From Octopus sinensis (taxonomy: Eukaryota): a stretch of 31,960 nucleotides of DNA. Every line of letters starts with the position of its first letter. Within the stretch, counting starts at the first letter, position 1. The notes beneath the pieces are model-generated. The model made no database searches. It was not told the origin of the DNA and saw nothing but the letters and a program-made list of their open reading frames with translations. Both the position numbers and the translations under genes were made by a program. The stretch lies in contig NW_021831720.1 of the NCBI RefSeq assembly GCF_006345805.1, forward strand, positions 1-31,960, written 5' to 3'. Shown here piece by piece: positions 31,329 to 31,960 of this stretch.

Positions 31329-31329
<1 letters not shown>
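31277..31329 (+). mobile_element. 3' tail fragment of SINE family B
   Basis: CCCTTGTAACTTGTCCCATCTGTGTGCAGCCCTGTGTGGCCAATAAAGAAA resembles the tail at ~7585-7630 and runs into (TATC)n. Confidence 0.5.
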
Positions 31330-31397
<68 letters not shown>

Positions 31398-31960
31398 CAT
31401 CTGTCTATCTGTCTGTCTATCTAATCTATCTGTCTGTCTGTCTATCTATCCATCTGTCTATCTGTCTGTCTGTCTATCTAATCTGTCTATCTCTCTGTCT
31501 ATCTATCCATCTATCTATCTGTCTGTTGTCTGTCGTCCGTCTGTCTGTCTGTCTATCTATTTATACCTTTATTTGTCTTCCGTCTTACAGCTCTCCCCCC
31601 CTCTCATTTTCCTTATGCATGTATATGTGTGTGTGGTGTGTGTGTGTGTGTGTGTGTGTGTGTCTACAGAGAGAGAGGGAAAGCAAAAATTTGAAGATTG
31701 ATAGAAATTAAAAGACAGATAGAGAGAAATACGTAAGAGAGAAAGAGAGAAAAGTAGGTCGACTGAACAAAAGATGTAGTGAGAGAGAAAGAGATGGAGA
31801 GAGAGAGAGAAGAAAGAGAAAATAGTGATAGGGAGAGATAGCCTTGACCTAACTCCATCTCTTGCTTCTCTCTCTCTCTCTCTCCCTTTCTTCTTCTCCC
31901 TCTTTTTCTCTGTTTTTCTCTCACCCATTCTGTCTCTCTCCACACCTCTTTTTTACTTGC
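31330..31960. repeat. (TATC/TGTC)n, (TG)n and GA/TC-rich simple repeats
   Basis: Direct reading. Confidence 0.9.

Overview
Eukaryotic, gene-poor, repeat-saturated genomic DNA, most likely from an octopod cephalopod. The assignment is inferred from a mitochondrial insertion with rrnL-trnL(TAG)-trnL(TAA)-nad1 order, octopus-type SINE families and extreme microsatellite density. No host protein-coding gene is supported; almost all ORF-track entries are translations of simple repeats or of the satellite. Main content: (1) a non-coding ~490-bp tandem/inverted array at 1078-2762 in which every full unit carries a complete type I hammerhead ribozyme (retrozyme-like); (2) a 5'-truncated Penelope-like element (GIY-YIG) with ~192-bp inverted terminal repeats carrying a variant hammerhead-like motif; (3) an RTE LINE fragment with a 5' inversion; (4) a non-autonomous Helitron; (5) a CsRn1-clade Ty3/Gypsy relic (CHCC gag, tRNA-Trp PBS) whose leader between PBS and gag holds a ~10.3-kb, ~73-copy, CpG-rich 140-bp satellite, with a triplicated LTR-end/PBS module; (6) a ~510-bp NUMT; (7) several tRNA-derived SINE copies of two families and many long microsatellites. 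All structures were read by eye; no searches or folding programs were run.
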